Part shown: positions 60,273 through 64,000 of the stretch, piece by piece
How the letters are laid out: every line of letters starts with the position of its first letter
Position numbering within the stretch: the stretch's first letter is position 1
The notes under the pieces: generated by a model
Database searches by the model: none
Told to the model about the DNA's origin: nothing
Seen by the model: only the letters and a program-made list of their open reading frames with translations
Translations under genes and position numbers: made by a program
NCBI GenBank assembly: GCA_965215015.1
Contig: OZ244042.1
Span: forward strand, 1,664,001-1,728,000
DNA length: 64,000 nt
From: Candidatus Poribacteria bacterium
GTDB lineage: Bacteria; Poribacteria; WGA-4E; PCPOR2b
Direction of reading: 5' to 3'

Positions 60273-60456
60273 TAGAGGCGGGGGCATAACCTGGCTACAT
60301 CCGCAATCAGTGCTCGACTTTGGATCGGTAAATCCACGCTTAAATCTTTGGCGTACTCCCACACCTAAAGGGTTTGGATTCTTCACTGTCCCTTTAGGTG
60401 TGGAGTTGTGCACTCAACGAGGTGAACCATCAGCAGATGGGCTTACCGCTTTTCGC

Positions 60457-61680
60457 TTAAAGCCCCCAATGTTCATCAATCTCTTGCTGGTATCCGTTGA
60501 CCTTCCCATCAAGCACATCAGCAATAGCTACCACTTCGCCAGAATATCCTGACTCATAGATCGCGATTGAGATGGCTTTGGCTTGCAAGCCTGTCCAACC
60601 ATCTACTTCGGGTGGACGCCGATTCCTGATTGCATCGATAAAGTCGTAGATCTCCAACGCGAAACCGTCCTCAATCCCATACGGGAAAAGTCGCGCTTTC
60701 TCGTCATCGCTTAATGTTTCAAGGTACATTTTACGGAGTTCTTCCATGCTGTATTTTGTCCCATCAAGTCTCTCCGCCTCCCCTCGATCCTTAGCTGTAA
60801 ACGGATGAAAGACATCGCCGTTATCGCGGATGACACCTTCGGCACCGTAGAAAGCGACATTCAGATGATTAGCGCACGGTGCAGCGACTGTCCAACTCCA
60901 TGTTCCAACAACACCACTCTTGAAGGTGATGATTGCTACCCAAGTATCCTCATGGCAAGTGGGGACCCTTCCCTCCTTAGCATGATTGGCGAAGCGTCCA
61001 TCAATCTGACGGACTTCGGCGTAAACCTTTTCGACATCGCCGAAGAAGTAGCGAATGGTGTCCATCATGTGTGCACCGCTGTCCATCACCATGCCGCCGC
61101 CGCTAAACTCTTTTCCTAATCGCCAATGCCAATCCCCGATATTCGCCGGATCGTTCCAAACCGCAGATTGTGCGAAGAACAGCCGGGGCGCACCGACAAT
61201 GTTTCCTTCGTTGAGTGCCCATCTGACAGTTCGTTGTCCGGGTGCCCTGCGACAGTTCTCTGCCGTAGCGGTGAGGCGTCCATGCTTCTCCGCAACTTCA
61301 ATCATGTTCTGGCTTGCTTTGATCGTTACCCCAAACGGCTTCTCGGTCATGATATCAACGCCAGATTCAAGGCAAGGGATGGCGGAAATGTGATGATAGG
61401 CGTGCGACGTACAGATATCCGCCCCGCTCAAATCCTCTGCTTTTAGCATTTCCTCAACGTCATCGTAAACGCGGGGCATCGTTCCCTGTAATTCTGCAAC
61501 CCGTTCTGCGTAATCCTGCGCTGCTTCCCTGTGCACATCGCACGTTGCTTCAATTGAAAAGGTGTCAACCCCTTTTTCCGCTAGTGCTTGATAGCCCTGT
61601 AGATGTGCGTTTGCGATTCCACCACAACCAATGATTGCTAAACGAACTTTATTTGACACAGTTATCCCCCTAGAGCTCAT
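60457..61680 (-). CDS. Gfo/Idh/MocA family oxidoreductase
   Basis: IIGCGGIA, EKP, GGGMVMDSGAH; exact start uncertain. Confidence 0.9.
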   Translation of the reverse strand: MSSRGITVSNKVRLAIIGCGGIANAHLQGYQALAEKGVDTFSIEATCDVHREAAQDYAERVAELQGTMPRVYDDVEEMLKAEDLSGADICTSHAYHHISAIPCLESGVDIMTEKPFGVTIKASQNMIEVAEKHGRLTATAENCRRAPGQRTVRWALNEGNIVGAPRLFFAQSAVWNDPANIGDWHWRLGKEFSGGGMVMDSGAHMMDTIRYFFGDVEKVYAEVRQIDGRFANHAKEGRVPTCHEDTWVAIITFKSGVVGTWSWTVAAPCANHLNVAFYGAEGVIRDNGDVFHPFTAKDRGEAERLDGTKYSMEELRKMYLETLSDDEKARLFPYGIEDGFALEIYDFIDAIRNRRPPEVDGWTGLQAKAISIAIYESGYSGEVVAIADVLDGKVNGYQQEIDEHWGL

Positions 61681-61708
61681 GAACCTTCGATAGGCTTGGA
61701 ATAAAATC

Positions 61709-61737
61709 TTGACTTTTTGACAGCTTCAGTTTACTAT
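61709..61737 (+). promoter_or_regulatory. Putative sigma-70 promoter for the eutN/ccmL-kinase-regulator genes
   Basis: TTGACT-N17-TACTAT. Confidence 0.45.
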
Positions 61738-61837
61738 ACCTATGCTCAGATAATTTTGTCAATAATCTTTTCGTAACGCATTATGTTTTACGCGATTTGC
61801 GTTTTTCGGACTAACAACAAACAGGGAAAGATTTCGC

Positions 61838-62125
61838 ATGACCGTTGGAAAAGTTGTGGGAACAGTCGTTGCTACACGAAAAGATGAAAAACTCATCGGT
61901 AGTAAGTTGCTGATTGTGCAGGATACCGAACTCGATGGAACCCTCCTCAGTCGATATACAGTTGCCGTTGATGCTGTCGGCGCAGGGGTCGGTGAGTTGG
62001 TGCTCACCGCGGCAGGAAGTTCAGCCCGTCAAACCGATGCCACCAAGAACAAGCCCGTTGACGCGGTGATCATGGCAATTATCGATTCGATTGAGGTGTA
62101 TGGGGAAATTCAGTTTCAGAAGTAG
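61838..62125 (+). CDS. Bacterial microcompartment vertex protein (EutN/CcmL, BMC-P)
   Basis: GKVVGTVVATRK...KLLIV...AVDAVGAGVGE.VL...GSSAR...PVDA.I..IID. Confidence 0.92.
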   Translation: MTVGKVVGTVVATRKDEKLIGSKLLIVQDTELDGTLLSRYTVAVDAVGAGVGELVLTAAGSSARQTDATKNKPVDAVIMAIIDSIEVYGEIQFQK

Positions 62126-62169
62126 CAATGGATATGCTTCTTTAGGAAACATCAACCGTTCACATCAAA

Positions 62170-63912
62170 ATGCGAGTCAATTCAACGGATTTACCTCTCA
62201 AAATTGAACTTATCAAGCGGATCCGCTGGCTCGTCAAGCTTCGTTGGATCGCCATTACAGGGGTCTTGCTGACTGTCAGCATTGCGAGTTGGGGGCTTCA
62301 TATCATTGACAATCCAACACCGCTGTATATCATCGCGGCGTTGATGACACTCTACAACTTTGAGCCGCAAATTTATCCCAAGCATCTTACGGAAAAGCCG
62401 CTCGTATCAATTCAGCGGCACGCGGGTAGGCATATTATTCTAGATTTGTTCTCTTTGACAGCACTCATCCACTTTAGTGGAGGCGTTGAAAATCCTTTTA
62501 TCTTTTACTTCATTTTTCATCTCGTTATCGCGAGTATACTCCTCTCTAAAAAAGTTAGTTATATCCTCGCTACACTAAATACAATCCTTCTAAGTGCTCT
62601 CATTTTCTTTGAATATTACCATATTCTTCCTCATTACCATCTACAGAATTTTTTGCCTGCAACGCTCTGGCGAAACCCGATTTACATTTCAAGTGTGCTG
62701 TTTGTGTTCACTAGCACCCTATTTTTCTCTGTCTATCTGGCAACATCAATTATGGATACCGCGAGGGCCCGTGAGGCAGAGACCCGTGAGTTGAAAGATA
62801 ATCTTGAGGAAAAAGTGGTGGAGTTGGAAGAAGCGAGAGGAGCGGTACTTTTCGAGCGAAACAAACTCACCTCAATCATTGAGTGTATGCAAGAGGGAGT
62901 TATCTTTGTTGATGACAAGAACCATGTGTCGCTTTTTAACAAGGTGGGACAGCAAATTCAAAAAGAACAGTTCGGACTTGATACAGAAGACATTCAATCT
63001 CCAGAGGCTGATGGCGTTCTCCTACAAATTGCGGAGGATTTATCGAAGGGACATGCAGCAATCGAACAGCAGACCCTACAGATTAAGGATAAATTCCTTG
63101 AAAATACTTATGCCGCCGTGCGTGACAGGGATGACAATTATTTAGGCACAGTTTTGGTTTGCCGCGACGTGACAGATCGGAAACGGATGGAACAGCAGAT
63201 GATCCAGTCGGAGAAGATGGCAGCGATTGGCGAATTAGCGTCAGGGGTAGCGCATGAGATTAATAATCCCCTTGATGGTCTACTTAATTGTATCCTTCGG
63301 ATAAAGCGCGATCCGCAGAACGAGCGTCAGACCGCAGAATACTTGGGGCTCATGGAGGAAGCCCTCCGCCGAATTGAAACAACTGTGGGGCAGCTTCTTA
63401 ATTTCTCACGCCAACGTGATTTAGCACTTACATCAGTTGCCCTCAATGAGGTTGTCACCGAAGTCGTCAGTCTGATTACATACAGTGCGGATGAAAAAGG
63501 GATCGGGATTGAGAAGCATTTCCAGAAAGACCTAGATCTAATCCGTGGGGACAAACATCTGTTAGAACAGGTTGTCCTGAATCTCGCCCTAAACGCAATC
63601 GGGGCTATGCCCGAGGGCGGCGTATTGACTTTCACGACTGGAGAGATTGAATTTGATGCACTACTTGGTAAAGCTGCGGCTTTTGTTCAGGTCATGGACA
63701 CAGGAATCGGCATCCCCAAGTCCGTCCAAGATCGGATTTTCGATCCGTTTTATACCACAAAGATTACTGAGAAAGGCACAGGGTTGGGGCTTTCGGTATC
63801 CAATCGCATCGTCAGACAGCATGAGGGTGTCATTGAATTTGACAGCAAGATTGAGCAGGGTTCTGTGTTCACCGTTAAATTACCGACAAGGAGAGGAGTG
63901 GAAAACGGTTGA
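62170..63912 (+). CDS. Membrane sensor histidine kinase (NtrB/AtoS-type) with a PAS domain
   Basis: TM region, PAS, H-box SEKMAAIGELASGVAHEINNPL, N-box NLALNA, DTGIGI, IFDPFYTTK, GTGLGL. Confidence 0.93.
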   Translation: MRVNSTDLPLKIELIKRIRWLVKLRWIAITGVLLTVSIASWGLHIIDNPTPLYIIAALMTLYNFEPQIYPKHLTEKPLVSIQRHAGRHIILDLFSLTALIHFSGGVENPFIFYFIFHLVIASILLSKKVSYILATLNTILLSALIFFEYYHILPHYHLQNFLPATLWRNPIYISSVLFVFTSTLFFSVYLATSIMDTARAREAETRELKDNLEEKVVELEEARGAVLFERNKLTSIIECMQEGVIFVDDKNHVSLFNKVGQQIQKEQFGLDTEDIQSPEADGVLLQIAEDLSKGHAAIEQQTLQIKDKFLENTYAAVRDRDDNYLGTVLVCRDVTDRKRMEQQMIQSEKMAAIGELASGVAHEINNPLDGLLNCILRIKRDPQNERQTAEYLGLMEEALRRIETTVGQLLNFSRQRDLALTSVALNEVVTEVVSLITYSADEKGIGIEKHFQKDLDLIRGDKHLLEQVVLNLALNAIGAMPEGGVLTFTTGEIEFDALLGKAAAFVQVMDTGIGIPKSVQDRIFDPFYTTKITEKGTGLGLSVSNRIVRQHEGVIEFDSKIEQGSVFTVKLPTRRGVENG

Positions 63913-64000
63913 AAGTACTGGTTGTTGATGATGAAAAAATCAAACTGATTACACTGCGCGATGATCTGCGCGAGGCGAACTACGATACCATTGCGGTTGA
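63909..64000 (+). CDS. Response regulator receiver domain (5' end only)
   Basis: TTG start overlapping the kinase stop; MKVLVVDDEKIKLITLRDDLREANYDTIAV... Confidence 0.8.
   Translation, partial: MKVLVVDDEKIKLITLRDDLREANYDTIAV

Overview
Bacterial chromosomal window of moderate GC, most likely Candidatus Poribacteria. This is inferred from C-terminal 'AVE-x-x-GKLATTWG-x-LK'-type tails, three PhyH dioxygenases, an orphan EutN/CcmL gene and characteristic intergenic palindromes. It holds about 45 CDS: catabolic oxidoreductases and hydrolases, folD, moaD/moaE, udk, rbsK, a GT9 heptosyltransferase, a PaaK-like ligase, envelope proteins and a two-component system at the right edge. I recognised no rRNA, tRNA or CRISPR. 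Main findings: (1) a membrane-anchored DUF4159-like gene interrupted by an in-frame TGA and followed by a hairpin closely matching the E. coli fdhF SECIS apex, with both TGA and hairpin conserved in a diverged partial copy, making it a candidate new selenoprotein; (2) a full-length EF-Tu paralog with degenerate GTPase motifs; (3) a DegP homolog lacking all three catalytic residues; (4) a 2-kb tandem array of 15 palindromic ~143-bp units; (5) a sigma-54 promoter plus 17-bp palindrome module present at two loci; (6) a PorV-like barrel fused to a lytic transglycosylase in an envelope operon. Family calls come from motif recognition only; no database searches were run.
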